Shown: positions 1 through 12,498 of the stretch, piece after piece
Layout of the letters: each line of letters begins with the position of its first letter
Position numbering within the stretch: position 1 is the first letter of the stretch
Source: Ranitomeya imitator
Taxonomy: Eukaryota
DNA length: 64,000 nucleotides
NCBI RefSeq assembly: GCF_032444005.1
Contig: NC_091282.1
Coordinates: forward strand, 796,390,001-796,454,000
Reading direction: 5' to 3'
Translations under genes and position numbers: made by a program
The notes under the pieces: model-generated
Databases searched by the model: none
The model's input: the letters and a program-made list of their open reading frames with translations, nothing else
Told to the model about the DNA's origin: nothing

Positions 1-679
1 AATGTACATGTGTAATCTTTCCTGTAAAAGAGCACGGTGCTACAACTATTACAGACCCAGAATATGTCTCACAAGCAAGTTTAAACAATTAAATAACGAT
101 GCTACTCTATGTATAACCTCCCTGGCCTTTACTAAGCAGGCCACACGGCTCCCGTGTACTGGCTAATGAAGCCTACACTAGGCCCTAAAAGGTGCACCAA
201 ACAGGAACAGACTCACGGTGATGTTGGGGACTCAGGTCCAGTCCCAAGGGGCCCCCAGAAGTCCAATATGATGGTGCGCACGGCTTTCTGTCAGCTCTGT
301 GAAACGTAGTCTTCTCCTTGCTTCTGGATCCTAGGTATGCTCCTGGAAACTGTAAGTCCCTTTCTCAGTATCTTCGTGGCTTCACAAACTAGCACAGGAC
401 AGCCACCTTTGCTGTATCCGGAAAAGTCTTGCAAATTTCACAAGTAAACTTCGTCCCAAGCTGTGGGACCTTTCTTATAGTAAACAGCACACAGTTCTCT
501 CTCCCTAGGAGCTTCAGCTCACACGCACAGTTCAGGCTCAACTCCTCCCCTCATCCTAGGGCAGTTTATCTTCACCGTCTATAGCAGGGGGAAGCAGGAC
601 ATTCCATCGTACCAGACAAGGGGGTGCTGTCTCTTAAAGTGGCAGTGTGTTACTGTCCATAACAGCACTATTCTCTTAC
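1..679 (-). mobile_element. Possible LTR/solo-LTR fragment
   Basis: Non-coding stretch ending ...CTCTTACA (TGTAAGAG on minus, a TG-start typical of LTRs); other end outside window, no TSD checkable. Confidence 0.25.
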
Positions 680-680
680 A

Positions 681-826
681 TTAGGACCAGGGAAGGCTGG
701 TCATGTGCCTTTAGGACCAGGGAATACTGGTCATGTGCCTTTAGGACCAGGGAATACTGGTCATGTGCCTTTAGGACCAGGGAATACTGGTCATGTGCCT
801 TTAGGACCAGGGAATACTGGTCATGG
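681..826. repeat. 30-bp tandem repeat, about 5 copies (TTAGGACCAGGGAATACTGGTCATGTGCCT)
   Basis: Read directly; explains repetitive ORFs 647..913 and 705..1046. Confidence 0.95.
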
Positions 827-854
827 CCTTTATTCTGCTGGAGGCAGTGTGGGG

Positions 855-2291
855 AGGGGGAGGGAGTGCCGTCTCCTTACCCAGATCCTGGGTCCCCCCC
901 GAGTCCACGCTAGATTAGCGCAGTCTTCAGCGCTGAATACCGCCGGATCCTATGTAGCAGCCGTTCCCGGATTTCAGCTCGTGTCCGGAAGCAGCAGGAG
1001 GATGAAGATGTTCGCCGAGAATATGCTGCAAGTGTTCTCATCCTGAACGAGAAGCGCCTGAATAGGGGGGAAGAGCCATGGAGGCGCGGCATAGCACTGG
1101 CGGAGCCCGAGAAGCTGCCGGAAAGCAGAGTACGCAGCTCTATTCAGCAGGTCAGAAAAGTAGAAAAGATCCTCTGTTGTCACTGCTGTTTGGACGGTGC
1201 AGGGATAAAACTAAAACCCTCCATCCCTCATCCCTTTAGAAGGGAGGTGGAGAGGTACCGTCCGCCTGCTTGTACCATCCGCTTTAACAGTGGTGGTGCA
1301 GTGGGGGCTGCTCGGATGCCAAGAGGTGGGCCTGTGTACATCCAAAGGGTTAATCACCTAGGATGGGACAGGGCTGAACGTTCGGCAATAGGCCTGGCTG
1401 CGGAAGAGGATACGTGGAGGCGACGCTCCATGTGCTCATCCGTTGAAGGTGTGGGGAGATCGGTGCCCTTGAAAGGACCCGTCGCCCCTAAGAATCAGCT
1501 CAGGCGTGGCACGTCGCAGGAGAGGATACGGAGAGGCGACACTCCATCTGCTTGTTGTCCGTTGATGGTTCGGGGAGATCGGAACCTTGAAAGGATCTGT
1601 CGCCCCATTCCTCCGTGAAAAAAAGTAAAATAAAAAATGAGAAAGGTAAAAAATGTAAAAATAAAATAATAGAGTTTTGGGTTTGAATAGCAGACCCGTC
1701 CGTGTGCCTCCTACGGACACTAAGCATGAACTGGTTAGCTGAGAGACAGCAGGAGGGTGTATACTGCAGGGGAGGAGCTAACTTTTTTTGTATCACTTAG
1801 GCTACTTTCACACTTGCGTCATGTGACGTCCATCGCAATGCGTCGTTTTGGGGGAAAAACGGATCCTGCAAATGTGCTCGCAGGATGCGTTTTTTGCCCA
1901 TAGACTTGTATTGCCGACGGATCGCGACGTATGGCCATACGTCGTGTCCGTCGTGCACTGGATGCGTCATGTTTTGGCGGATCAACGGCACGAAAAAACG
2001 TTCAAGGGAACGTTTTTTCGTAAGTCGCGTCCGCCATTTCTTACCCCGCGCGGTAAGAAATACCTTTATGTGCGGCCGGAACTCCGCCCCGGACTTTAGA
2101 ATGGGCAGTGGATGTGTTGAAAAACTGCATCCGCTGCCCACGTCATGCCAAATTTTCACAACGTGCGTACATTGCGCCGATGCTTAGCGAGGACCCGTAC
2201 CGACGCAAGTGTGAAAGAAGCCTTAATGTCAGCCTCCTAGTGGCAGCAGCATACACCACGGTCTGTGTCCCCCAATGAGGCGAAGGAGAAA
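855..2291 (-). mobile_element. DIRS-like retroelement 5' fragment (terminal repeat plus leader), interrupted by a MITE
   Basis: Terminus GCAGCAGCATACACC..TGTGTCCCCCAATGAGGCGAAGGAGAAA matches the termini of the DIRS copies at ~12.4 kb and ~41.3 kb; left boundary uncertain. Confidence 0.75.
1800..2222. mobile_element. PIF/Harbinger-type MITE
   Basis: TIR GGCTACTTTCACACTTGCGTC / GACGCAAGTGTGAAAGAAGCC, TTA duplication at 1797-1799 and 2223-2225. Confidence 0.85.
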
Positions 2292-3138
2292 TAGGAATTT
2301 ATTTACTTTTAAATGCGGTGAAAAGGTTATAAAAAACACGCTTCTTTTCTTTTTGAGGTGGTGGGGGAATTTCTTTTTCATATTGCTCATTTACCTGGCA
2401 ACATACATGATTCTTCAGGTCAGTACGATTATGGGGATACCGAACTAATTTTACATGTATTTTAGTGGCTGAAAATAATACTTTGTAAATTTAAGTTTGT
2501 TTCACCATTTTCTGGAAAATATCATTGTATTTTTCGGTCGCCGAAGCGGTATGAAGATTTTTTAACTATACAATTTTGAGATGCATACTCCGCTTTCATC
2601 ACCTTTAGCTGCATTTTTTGGGTGCAGCGGTGCGGTGACTAAAAGACAAAAAAAAAACCTTGTATTTTCATATATTAGACTTATTTTTTAATTTTTGATC
2701 TGAGAAAAGGGGAGGGATTGAAATTTTTATTGTTTCTTTGCTTTTACCTTTTAGTAGATGTTAAACCTCTTATCGCTCTTTGTATATACTACAATGCTAA
2801 ACGACTATGATGGCGGTGACGGGGTCCTCAGCAGACCTATCTGAACCTTGCGCTCACATTGTGGAGTTGGTCAATGAGTGATAACGTCACTTAAATGCTG
2901 CTGTCAAAGATTGAGAGCGGCATATTAGTGGTTAAAAAGCAACAGTCATGTATGGCGCAGGCTCAGCTCTTGGGCCCGTTCCATACAGCTACAACCGATC
3001 TTGTATTTACAAGAAGCAATAGAAAAAAAGGCAAGGTAAGTGGAGGCAACTAACCCTTATCCCGGTCTGTTATTAAAGCAGCACTGACATGTGAGCATGC
3101 AGATGGTCAGCTTATACCATACACGAACATGCAATTAC

Positions 3139-3546
3139 CTTGACGCCTCTTTTTTTTTTTCTTCACCCTTATAGGCTTCACTTCTAGTGTCTGCTCAAAT
3201 TCCTCATTGCTGATGACGCTAAATCTCTGTGAGGAGGAGCGCTGCTCCCGAACAGCGCTGTCAGAAGAGTCCTGATTGGCATCGTTCAGACTATACACGC
3301 TGTCGATAGAGCGGGGGCCCCGGTCTGGAAACTCCACAGGGAGAGAGCTACTTCGGACTCTCGGCTCCAGCGCCTCTTCTTGATCCCCTTCCTCCAGCTC
3401 CAGGGGGCACAGCTGGATCCGCTCCGTTCTCAGTGGCTGGACAGGAGGGTCCTGGCTTGTTTTACTATTGGATACTAGTCCGTTTTGTGGCTTCTTTTCC
3501 AGTGAGGCGTGTTTTGCAGGCATCCGGAAAGGGCTATGGAGCACGG
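3139..3546 (-). CDS. TECPR2: TECPR2 coding exon 7 (408 nt, phase 1-1); gene continues beyond left edge
   Basis: EPRVRSSSL...SQRFSVISNEEFEQTLEVKPIRVKKKKKRRQ resembles human TECPR2 EPRSRSSSL...SQRFNAISSEDFDQELVVKPIKVKRKKKK; AG/GT sites. Confidence 0.93.
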
Positions 3547-3990
3547 CTGTTACAAAGAAAGACAAATATAGTAAGAAATCTAAAAAATTAGATGCCGGAC
3601 GCAAAGGGAAGGAAAAGTGAGAACATTGCATTCTGAAAAAAAAAAAAAAAAAGAAATTATTATTAACACCTTCTCGTCTTGTCCCAATGTCTTTACAGAA
3701 TGTTGGTTAGTAGTTGCCATGTCTGTTCCCCGTGGAAATCATTGGGACAGAGGTAGGGGGGATTCACAGGGCAACTATTTGGATTATACTATACGGATTA
3801 TGTTTCTATATAAGAGAACCAGAACACTCTTTAATGTCTCCAATCACTGACAGTAATCGGAGGCATTAAAGGGAATGTCCACAGCTAACATGTCTGGGAG
3901 GTGAATATATATAGTCACTATTTATTATTATTATTATCAACACTTTAGCATTGCAGAGAAGTGATTTCCAGTAGTGAACAAGCCCTTTAA

Positions 3991-5164
3991 CTCCTTAACG
4001 CCAGGGCCATTTTCAGTTTTCGTTTTTTGCTCAAATTCTTCCCAGAGCCATAACATTTTTTTAATTTTTCACTATGGCCATGTGAGGGCTTGTTTTTTCG
4101 TGGGATGAGTTGTACTTTTGAGCTACACCATTCGTTTTAACATATCATGTACTGGAAAACGGGGAAAAAAAAATCCCAGTGTCGTGAAATTGCAAAAAAA
4201 AGCGCAATTCCAGTGTTTTGCTTTTTACCATGTTAACTAAATGCTAAAATTGACCTGCCATTATGATTCTTAAGGTCATTATAAGTTCATACACACCAAA
4301 CATGTCTAGGTTCTTTTTTTATCTATGTGTTGAAAAAATAATCCAAAATTTGTTTAAAAAAAAAAAATGGCGCCATTTTCCGACACCCGTAGCATCTCCA
4401 TCTTTCATGGGATCATTATTTTTGTGCACAGAGCTGACATTTTTATTGATAACTTTTTGGTGCAGATATGTTTTGATCGCCTGTTATTGCATTTTATTGC
4501 AATGTAGAAGCGACCAAAAAAAACCCTGCAATTCTGGAGCTTTTAATTTTTTTCTTGTTACGCTGTTTAGCGATCAGGTTAATTCTTTTTTTTTTATATT
4601 GATAGAGCCGGAGATTCTGAATGAGGTGATACCAAATATGTGTACACTTTTTTTTATTCTTATATTTTGAATGGGGCGAAAAGGGGTGATTTGAAATTTT
4701 TGTATCTTTTTTCTTTTTACTTTTTGCATACTTCAATAGTCTCCGTGGGAGACTAGAATCTGCAGTACTTTGATCGCATCTGCTACACACAGGTGATGAT
4801 CAGATCGCCTGTGTGTAGTAGAAATGCTCGTAGCAATGAAAATCACAGAAGTCTGCTACAGACCTCTGGTTGTCATGCTGACCCATCGGTGACCCATAAT
4901 CATGTCACAGGGTCACCGATGGGCAGACCCAGTAACACGCTTCCTGTAAGCGCGAGTTAAATGCTGCTGTAAGAGAATGACAGTGGTATTTAGCTAGTTA
5001 ACAGCTGCAGGTGGATTGCAATTCCACCTGCGGCTGTTGCAGGCACATGTCAGCTGTATAGATCAGATGTCATGTGCCTGGAAAGTTGCCGGCTCAGCGC
5101 AGGAGCCTGCAGCAAACGGAAAATCCGACATGTGTGTATTATTACGGCAAATGTCGGAAAGGGG
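3991..5164. mobile_element. TTAA-flanked non-autonomous DNA transposon (piggyBac-like termini)
   Basis: TTAA|CTCCTT ... AAGGGG|TTAA; a related copy starts at 63286. Confidence 0.7.
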
Positions 5165-5244
5165 TTAAAAACAGTGACATTCTAATGTACAACTTCATTA
5201 TTTACAACCCTGCTGATAATGCAAGGAGCACATTCCGCCCTCAC

Positions 5245-5374
5245 CGGATACAGCTCCTTCTGGCATGTCCGAGATTCTGATAATTTCCCGGTCACCCTTA
5301 AGAAAAAATATTTCATTGTTGATACAGGAGACGGAGACAATATCCCCAGCACTTTCAAGACCTCCAATCACAGC
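5245..5374 (-). CDS. TECPR2: TECPR2 coding exon 6 (130 nt)
   Basis: AVIGGLESAGDIVSVSCINNEIFFLKGDREIIRISDMPEG; canonical splice sites. Confidence 0.96.
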
Positions 5375-5493
5375 CTGGGGGGGAAAAAAACAACTTATTA
5401 GATTATCAGGAATAAGCAAGGGGAAAAAAAAAAAAGAAAAAAAAAAACAGAAACACACACTCAGTATTTCCTCAGGTTCTGTAGCAGTCATAC

Positions 5494-5806
5494 CTGATTG
5501 ATGGTGTCTATGAGATAGATGCTGTACTCGTCCCAGCTCAGGACCCATCCGTCATGTAGGAAACAGGTCACCAGGCCCAGGTGTTTCTCAGACAGCACAT
5601 ATTTTGATTGGTTCGTTGTTTCCATGCGAGGATACAGATCGAAAGATTCCAGTCCAGAAGACAACACGTCCTTCAAAATGAAGGTTGACTGAACAGATCC
5701 ATGGGCATCCGCCTTCCAGAGGCGCAGCCCAGGCCGGGATGCGAACAAGGTAAGGTCACTTTGCTTGCAGAGGCTAGGGATAAAGCACGCTCCGTATTTG
5801 CCATTG
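5494..5806 (-). CDS. TECPR2: TECPR2 coding exon 5 (313 nt)
   Basis: GKYGACFIPSLCKQSDLTLFASRPGLRLWKAD...WDEYSIYLIDTINQ; phase consistent with neighbours. Confidence 0.97.
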
Positions 5807-6199
5807 CTGAAACAACAAGACAATGTCACCGGAGATGGGATGAGGCTGGAAATCGTTGAATCTCGATGACGAGACTGTGTTTGGCCACCATTCACCATGC
5901 GCTAATATAGTAAAACAGGATTTTTGGTTGCTTACCGTAAAATCTGTTTCTCGGAGCCTCCATTGGGGGACACAGAACCCATGGGTGCATGCTGCTGCCA
6001 CTAGGAGGCTGACACTATGCACAAAAAAAGTTAGCTCCTCCTCTGCAGTGTACACCCCACTGGCATTATGCACTTCAGTTAGTGAGAAAGCAGTAGGAGA
6101 AAAACAACAAAGGTTGAAACATAACCACAAACTTAAGAACTGTAAATGTGAGAACAGTCATAGAATATAGCACAACAGAAACTGAATAACATGGAAGGG

Positions 6200-6305
6200 T
6201 GATGTGTCCCCCAATGGAGGCTCCAAGAAACAGATTTTACGGTAAGCAACCAAAAATCCTGTTATCTCTATCACATCTCATTGGGGGCCCAGGAACCATG
6301 GGACA
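6200..6305 (-). other. DIRS internal complementary region (ICR)
   Basis: First half is the reverse complement of the left terminus (5913-5970); second half matches the reverse complement of the right terminus (12392-12432), joined as in the circular junction. Confidence 0.9.
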
Positions 6306-6579
6306 TCCAAAAGCAGTCCCTGGGGTGAGAAAAACAGACTTCCATCAGGTCAGAGGACTCGCCACTGCCGCCTGCAAAATCCTTCTGCCTAGGCTGGCAT
6401 CCGCCAAAGCGTAGTTATGGACCTTGTAAAATTTGGCGAACGTGTGGATGGAAGACTATGTTGCCGCTTTGCAGAGCTGTAGGGCGGAAGCCCTGTGGTG
6501 CACCGCCCAGGAGGCGCCGACTGCCCGGGTAGAGTGAGTCTTTATCCCAGGAAAGGGAACTCTGTTCTTGACTCGGTAA

Positions 6580-6897
6580 GGCTACGTTCACATTAGCGTT
6601 GCGCCGCCCTGCGTCGGCGACGCAACGCGCGACGCATGTTAAAACGCGCGCAAACGCGCGCAAAAACGCGCGCGTTTTGCGACGCGTGCGTCGTTTTTGA
6701 CAAAAATCGGACGCACAGAAAATGCAACTTGTTGCATTTTCTTGCGTCCGACGCTAGCGTCGGAAACGACGCACGTGGCGAAAAACGCCACCCAAAAAAC
6801 GCACGCGTCCCCTATGTTAAACATAGGGGCGCGTCGCCGCTGCGTCGCCGCTGCGTCGCCGACGCAACAGCGGCGCAACGCTAATGTGAACGTAGCC
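6580..6897. mobile_element. PIF/Harbinger-type MITE inside the DIRS recombinase region
   Basis: TIR GGCTACGTTCACATTAGCGTTGCG, TAA duplication. Confidence 0.88.
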
Positions 6898-9800
6898 TAA
6901 GCCTCCAAAATTGCCGTTTGATCCAGCGAGCAATAGTCGCCTTGGAAGCTGGCAGGCCTCTGCGCGTGCCATCAAGAATGACAAAAAGAGAATCCGTCTT
7001 CCGGAAAGCGGACGTTCTATCCAGGTAGATCCTCACTGCCCTGACGAGGTCCAGCTTGTTCAAGGATCGCTCCAGAGGAGGAGTCGGAGCTGGGCAAAAG
7101 GAAGGTAGAACGATGTCCTCGTTGAGGTGGAAACCACCTTAGGAAGGAAGGAAGGCGGAGGCCTGAGGACCACCTTGTCCTGGTGGTTGACCAAGAAAGG
7201 AGGTCGGCAAGAGAGGGCCGCCGACTCGGAAACGCGGCGGATAGAAGTGATGGCCACAAGAAAGGCCACCTTTCAAAATAGAACTGACAGGGGAACCTCC
7301 CTGAGAGGCTCAAAGGGAGAAACCCTCAGAACGTCCAGTACCAGATTTAAATCCCATGAATCCATAGGGGCCCTGTACGGAGGTACACCATGGGTCACTC
7401 CTTGAAGGAAGGTCTTAACCTGTGGCCGAGAAGATAAAGTCGTCTGAAAAAGGATGGAGAGCGCAGAAACCTGGCCCTTTAGGGAACTAAGAGCAAGGCC
7501 CGAATCCAGTCCCGCCTGAAGGAAAGCCAAAATGGAAGGCAGGGAAAAGGACATAGGTGAAACGTGGTTGGAAGACGAAGGCTTCCTAGCCTGGATAATA
7601 GTGTGAATCACCCGATCCGAGAATTCAGGTGGCAGATCGGACCCTGAGACAGCAAATCGGGTGTGTCTGGAAGGCGCCAGGGGGCGTCCGCGAGAAGATT
7701 GACGATCTCCGCGAACCAAGATCTCATGGGTCAATCCGGGGCGATCAGAATGACCGGCACCCCTTCCGCCTTGATCTTTTTCAACAGCTTGGGAAGCAAG
7801 GGAAGGGGTGGGAACAGATAGGGGAGCATGAACTGCGACCAAGGAATGGCCAGAGCGCCGACGCCCACTGCGAGAGGGTCGCGAGACCTGGAGACGAACC
7901 AAGGAACCTTCCAGTTCATTCGGGACGCTGTGAGGTCCACGTCCGGAGTCCCCCATGGAAGACAAATCTGATGGAAGACCTCCTGATGCAAGGACCATTC
8001 CCCTGCCGCTAGAACCTCGCGGCTGAGGAAGTCGGCGGCCCAATGGTCCACGCCGGGGATATGCACCGCGGATATCACCGGGACCGTTGTCTCTGCCCAG
8101 AGGAGGATATTGGATACCTTGGCCAAGGCGCTCCAAGTCCCCCCCTGAAGGTTGACATATGCCACCGCCGTGGCATTGTGTGTCTGGATTCAGATAGGTA
8201 GACCCCTGAGAATCCTTTCCCAGTGACGAAGAGAGAGAAAGATGGCCCGAATCTCGAGAACGTTGATCGGCAGAGCAAAATCCTGCGCTGACCAATGACC
8301 CTGAACAGTCAGGTGGCGAAACACCGCACCCCATTTGAGTAGGCTGGCATCCGTCGTCACCACCTGCCAGTGACCTGGAAGAAAGGACCTGCCCTGAGAG
8401 ATGAGAGGTAACGTCAGCCACCAGTTGAGGGACCGCTTGACCCGGGGAGAGAGTTGGATCTGACGATTCACGGAGAATACAGACCTGTCCCACTGTGACA
8501 GGATTGCCTGTTGAAGAGGTCGAGAGTGAAATTGGGCGAAGGGAATCGTTTCCAATGTTGCTACTATCTTCCCCAGAACCTTCATGGCCCGATCGGAAGG
8601 AGGGAAAATGAGGACCCTGGAGTAAACGAATGTCCTAACGAAGGATGGATCTCTTGTCCTCGGGAAGGAAGACTTTGGTCTGACGAGTATCGAAGAGCAT
8701 GCCCAGGAAGACGAGGCGCTGGAACAAGACAGGATTTCTTCCTGCTGACAAGCCACCTGAAACGGGCTAGAGTGTCGAGGACGATGGACAGGCTCTCCTG
8801 AGCCTGAGAAAAGGAAGGTGCCTTGAAGAGGATGTCGTCGAGGTACGGAAAAAGTACCAGTCTCCTGACCCTCAAGATGGCTATCAGTGCCGCCATGATC
8901 TTTGTGAAGAACCTGGGAGCGGTTGCGAGACCAAACGGCAGGGCGACAAACTGAAAATGGTCCTGGAGCACCGCAAAGAGCAGGAAATCGGTGATGTCCC
9001 GGAAATATTGGGACATGGAGGTAGGCGTCCTGAATATCTATGGAACAGAGAAATTCCTGGGCCTCCATGGAAGCAATTACTGAACGAAGAGATTCCATCC
9101 TGAAGTGTCTGAGACGAACCCTCTTGTTCAGCAATTTGAGATCCAGAATGGAACGAGCCATGCCGTCTTTTTTTGGTACGTCAAAAAGGTTCGAATAGAA
9201 CCCTGTGAACCGTTCTTTTTCTGGGACGGGAACGATTACCCCGGATTTGAGGAGAGAAGCGATGGCTGCGAAGAAACCTGGAACTAGGGCGGGGTCTCTT
9301 GGAGGTCGGGATTCGAAGAAACGATCCCGGGGTCGTGAAACGAACTCTATTTTGTATCCCGAGGATACAACTTCCCTGACCCATGCGTCCTCTACTGAGG
9401 AGATCCAGACGTCCCTGAAGAGGAGACGGCCGCCCAGCCTGGGAAGTGGGCTGGGGTTTTGCCGTGAGTCATGATGAGGTGGATCTTCCAGTCCTAGACC
9501 TGGAGGATCTACCTTTGAGTAGCGAGGGCACCAGGAAGGAGTGGGTCTAAAGAATACCGTCTTCTTCTCTTGACATGCCTGTGGCCTCTGCTGCTGCTGG
9601 GAAAAGGAGTTTGACGCCGCGAAGCGACGAAAAGGCCAAAAGGACCGAAATTGCCGTCTAGGAGGAGGGCGGCGAGGTTTAGCCTTGGGAAGAAGAGAAC
9701 TTGTGCCCCCGGTGGCGTCCTTAATGATTTGGTCCAGCTTAGAACCAAAGAGACGTGAGACTTGAAAAGGCAGGCTGGTAAGGGACTTCTTGGAAGACAA

Positions 9801-12498
9801 GTCCGCCTGCCAGGCCTTGAGCCAAATGGTCTGGCGGATGGCAACAGCATTGCTGGATGCCTGAGCCGCACAAGACGTGGCATCCAGAGAGGCGGAGACC
9901 AGGTATTCACCCGCGTGAGAAATCTGGTTGGCAAGCTACGCCAGCTGTCCAGGTGGAGCCCCGTCCAGGATGCCCCGACGGAGTTGTTTGGCCCATTTGG
10001 ATATGGATTTTGAAACCCAAGTGGAAGTGAAAGCTGGACATAGAGTAGATGCAGCCGCTTCAAAGGCTGACTTCGTTAGAATCCTTCAGAGATGCTCCGC
10101 CGGAAAGTGGAAGTACCGTGTTGGTGGACAGCCTGGAAACTGGGGGATCCACCGAAGGAGAAACAGTCCAACTGGTGGTAAGTTCTGGAGAAAAAGGATA
10201 TAAAACGCCAAGGCGCTTTCCCCTCTGAAAACGTCTGGTCGGATTCTCTCTTTCTCTGTTCATGATCTCCTTGAATTCAAAATGAGGAGCGAAAAACTTG
10301 GAGGGTGGTTTAGCCCGTCTAAACGAAACCGCCTGATCTGTGGGTTCCGTAGAGGGATCCTTAATGCCACAGGTTTGATTTATCGCTCTGATGAGATTCT
10401 GAACCATATCCCTCATGGTAGCGATTTGGTTAGAATCCAGCTCCGAAATATCCTCCGAGGGCTCATCAGAGAATGCCTCGCCTGACTAAGGGGAGGAGGA
10501 CCGGGAGGAGGTCGACCGCAGAGGAGGACAGTGTGGCGAGATGGAGCGAGAAGAGGACTCAGACCGGCGTTCTTGTCTGGACCTTTTGCGGCTTATAATG
10601 GAGAGCTCGGACGGAGCTTCCTGCGACCAGCTGGCTACTGCGGGGGTCTGCAGGGGTAATCGATCCAGCACGGACACTAGAGTTTGAGGCACCCGAGTTA
10701 GATCCGCTACCGATTGTGACGGAGAGGAAGCCCAGCCTGGGGTGGGGGTATCACTGTCAAGCAGAGTGGCCGGGGGATCCAGGGTGGTGGGCACGATCGG
10801 GTTGCTGCAGGCCTGACAGAGTGGAGAGGACTGACCTGAGGGAAGTTTGCAGTTACAAGACGAACATGCAAAGCATTTGACTAAGGCACATGAAGAAGAA
10901 GTAGGAGGACAAGAGCGGCCTCCCTTAGAGAAAGACATCTTGAAGGGTCCCTGAAGAAAATGCCAGAGGGATAGGGGACAGGGGGGCAGAGGGGGATGCC
11001 AGTCTGCAGTGCAGAGCTACTCACGGCAGACGAAAACAGATTACAGGTGGCGGAAGCTGTCCGGCTTGCGGGATGGACCTCTGTTGAGAAGTAGTCTTTT
11101 AGGCAGGAAAACGGTATGAGCTCCTTCCGCAATCCGAAAGTGGGAACCGAATGACCGCCTTCCAGATGGTGACCGCTGAGATGTGGCGCCAAACGGCGGT
11201 ACAGAGTTGAGAGGACTTGTGCGTTCAGGAGTCCCAAGATGGTGCCGGTGGGCGGAGAAAAAGTGCGCTGTGGGAGATTGTCGGGCGGAAGAAAATACCG
11301 ACCGATGAAAGATGGAAGTGGGCGGAGTCACGGCACCGGAAGTAGGCCAGGGCAGAAGCCGGGGCCTAAATTAGAGGCCGAGAGAGCAGTGTGGTATCAC
11401 CCACATCGCACCCTCTCGGATCCGCTGGGCAGGACTTCGGGGGAGTTCTGTTGCTTGAAGATCCCCTACCTGGGATTGAGGAACACATCAGGATCCCTTG
11501 TAGAATGGAGGGTCCTGGAAGAAGTCCTCCTTCCCGCGCCACGAACTCCGGCGCAAAAGACGGCGTCGACCCCTGACCAGGGGGAGAGGGTCACTGGAAG
11601 TGACCGCCGTCTTCCTCTCAGCCCACTCCGAGGAGAGGGATGAGGAGGGGTAACGGGCAGGACTAGCCACCAAGGAAGAAGGTCACCCTGAACACCCGAA
11701 AGGATGACAGGGGACAAAGTCCTGCCCAGCGGATCCGAGAGGGTGCGATGTGGGTGATACCACACTGCTCTCTCGGTCGCTCAAAGTGGGGAAAACAGGG
11801 TGAGAAAAAACTGCACCCTGTTACCCTGAAGAAAATATCTGAAAAAACAAAGGGGAAATGATTAATAAACACAACAATCCCTGTAAAAGAAATGCGGATC
11901 TGGTGTTAGATCCAGGTCCGCCTCCTACAGACACTAAGCAAAAACTGAGTTGCCTGGTGCCTGTCGGAGGGTGTATACTGCCGGGGAGGAGTTGCTTCTT
12001 CTTTATTTGCATAGTGTCAGCCTCCTAGTGACAGCAGCATACACCCATGGTTACCTGTGTCCCCCAATGAAGTGAGAAAGAAAAGACCCGTGTCCACCTC
12101 CTACTGACACTAAGCTAAACTGAAGGGCATAATGCCAGTCGGTGGGGTGTACACTGCAGAGGAGGAGCTAACTTTTTTTTGTCCATAGTGTCAGCCTCCT
12201 AGTGGCAGCAGCATACACCCATGGTTACCTGTGTCCCCCAATGAAGTGAGAAAGAAAAGACCCGTGTCCACCTCCTACTGACACTAAGCTAAACTGAAGG
12301 GCATAATGCCAGTCGGTGGGGTGTACACTGCAGAGGAGGAGCTAACTTTTTTTTGTCCATAGTGTCAGCCTCCTAGTGGCAGCAGCATACACCCATGGTT
12401 CCTGTGTCCCCCAATGAGAGGCGATAGAGAAAAATCTATTTATTTTGCAGCATTTCTGATTTGGCTGTTTAGCTGCATGCTGACAGGTTTAACATTAA

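Larger units (their letters stand above)
5913..12433 (-). mobile_element. Near full-length DIRS1-like retroelement (gag-like, RT/RNaseH, methyltransferase-like, tyrosine recombinase), decayed
   Basis: RT motifs ILDLKLLNKRV..FRMESL..SIDIQDAYLHVPI and YLDDIL; RNaseH VVTTDASLLKWGA, HIPGVDHWAADFLSR; MT-like DVDLTAS..PYLFPP; YR LSSLKGQVSALS, VAITSIRRVSE; inverted termini 5913-6080 vs 12300-12433; frameshifts and a MITE insertion. Confidence 0.95.
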
